A stretch of 63,763 bases of DNA, the filler included, from Octopus bimaculoides (taxonomy: Eukaryota): the NCBI RefSeq assembly GCF_001194135.2. It is 7 parts of 7 records of this genome, joined end to end, with 100 filler letters (N's around TTAATTAATTAA, not from the genome) between each part and the next. Parts side by side here need not be neighbours in the genome. Positions count along the whole stretch, not along the records: positions 62,569 to 63,763 come from NW_026336774.1; 6 more parts are not named here. The stretch is one strand, 5' to 3'. Position numbers and translations under genes: made by a program. The notes under the pieces are model-generated. The model saw only the letters and a program-made list of their open reading frames with translations. It did not search any database and was not told the origin of the DNA. Below are positions 62,703 to 63,763 of this stretch, piece by piece; within the stretch, counting starts at the first letter, position 1, and the number at the start of each line of letters is the position of its first letter.

Positions 62703-62705
<3 letters not shown>
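62570..62705 (-). mobile_element. Short hammerhead-containing element (PLE pLTR / retrozyme-like), minus copy
   Basis: Reverse complement: aaaataccttaggttcgaaatttccccaagacacCTGATGAaggctggagggtatatcaaccGAAACGTTgttaacaac...aaataatgtac. Confidence 0.8.
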
Positions 62706-62758
<53 letters not shown>

Positions 62759-62805
62759 NNNNNNNNNNNNNNNNNNNTAATCTTAATAATAATAATAATA
62801 ATAAC

Positions 62806-62851
<46 letters not shown>

Positions 62852-62854
<3 letters not shown>

Positions 62855-63365
62855 GTGTTATCATGTACATTGTTTTGTCTTGGTATAAAAAGATGGGCTA
62901 CAGCAAGTATTCCGTTCAATACCACAGATTTGCTTATCAGTTGTTTGACCTTAACCAGTTGAGCATGTCCCTTGGTGGCTGACGATATGTGCATCTCTGA
63001 TCATGAGTAGAAGTAGTGGGAGAGCATCATAGCCATGTGTTGAGAGGAATTCTTTGGGGATTGAATAATTCACCTTTGGAAACATGAGTGTTTTGCTCAA
63101 CATTCTTAAACAAACCTTATTCAGGGACCTTTCGAGTGGGATGGGCTACTCGACCTGAAGAAAATTCTAACTGGGCCCCACCAGTGAGGTCATGCGCTGT
63201 TTATCTTGATATGAGATCACCATGTCGCGCATACATGGTTGTGATGCATGTACCTGGTGTACCCTTATCAAACTGGTAGTCATGATGGGTATAATGGACT
63301 TCGTATATTTTACCCCAGTGTCACTTTGATGGCATGCACTGCTCTCTCACTCAATAATAATAATA
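62852..63365 (+). mobile_element. Dispersed ~500-bp repeat (probable R4/Dong-associated LINE 3' UTR) with (TAA)n on both sides
   Basis: Colinear with 43030-43575; ends ctctctcactcaataataataataataa. Confidence 0.75.
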
Positions 63366-63367
63366 AT

Positions 63368-63599
63368 AACACCGAAAAATACCTTAGGAATGAGAACCCA
63401 GGTTCAAAATTTCCCCAAGACACCTGATGAAGGCTGGAGGGTATATCAATATAATAATAATATCACAAAATACCTTAGGAATGAGAACCCAGGTTCGAAA
63501 TTTCCCCAGGACACCTGATGAAGGCTGGAGGGTATATCAGCCGAAATGTTGTGTTAACAACAAACAAGATGAGAACAACTGTCAAATGTAAATAATGTA
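63368..63599 (+). mobile_element. Tandem short hammerhead-containing elements (one truncated, one complete; 91-bp offset)
   Basis: CTGATGA at 63424 and 63515; both copies begin aaaataccttaggaatgagaacccaggttc after a (TAA)n run. Confidence 0.85.
63510..63555 (+). ncRNA. Minimal type I hammerhead ribozyme
   Basis: gacac-CTGATGA-A-GGCTG-gagggtatat-CAGCC-GAA-ATGT-T-gtgtt; stem I gacac/gtgtt, stem II GGCTG/CAGCC; stem III is ACGT in the 62629 copy and ATGT here; predicted GUU cleavage after 63550. Confidence 0.7.
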
Positions 63600-63763
63600 T
63601 GCTGTTGAGTATTCAGTGCAGATGGGTAGGACGTGTTCAAATGAAAGATGCCCATATTCCAAAAATTTTTTTGTAAAGCTAACAAGCAGAGCAATACCTC
63701 AATAAATGAAGACCTGTCCTTAGCTATAAGGATGAAATTGAAGAAATCTCTAAAACCTTTACA
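63600..63763 (+). mobile_element. RTE-clade LINE fragment (C-terminal region)
   Basis: LLSIQCRWVGRVQMKDAHIPKIFF resembles the RTE Q.RW.GHV.RM.D.RIPK pattern. Confidence 0.65.

Overview
Eukaryotic, AT-rich, repeat-dominated window with roughly a third of bases as N. Most gaps are flanked by microsatellites, so nearly all ORF-track entries are artefacts. The SINE families and extreme microsatellite density suggest an octopus genome (inference, not a database result). Content: three tRNA-derived SINE families (here called A, B, C); Penelope-like element (PLE) remnants with RT and GIY-YIG motifs; R4/Dong-like, HERO/NeSL-like and RTE LINE fragments; several mariner/Tc1 fragments; and six artificial 100-bp joins carrying a six-frame stop linker. 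No complete host gene can be supported. There is a convincing Pol II promoter-like block at ~40.55-40.75 kb that appears to fire leftwards, plus a few candidate exons. Most interesting observations: (1) several minimal type I hammerhead ribozyme motifs, including a tandem ~150-bp retrozyme/pLTR-like unit at 62.6-63.6 kb; (2) a ~950-bp fold-back structure; (3) a 33-bp TATA-containing palindrome; (4) a cryptic decayed ~330-bp three-unit tandem array; (5) a 15-bp minisatellite with position-biased variation. All element-family assignments are by eye and need Dfam/Repbase/HMM confirmation. Most coordinates for decayed repeats are approximate.
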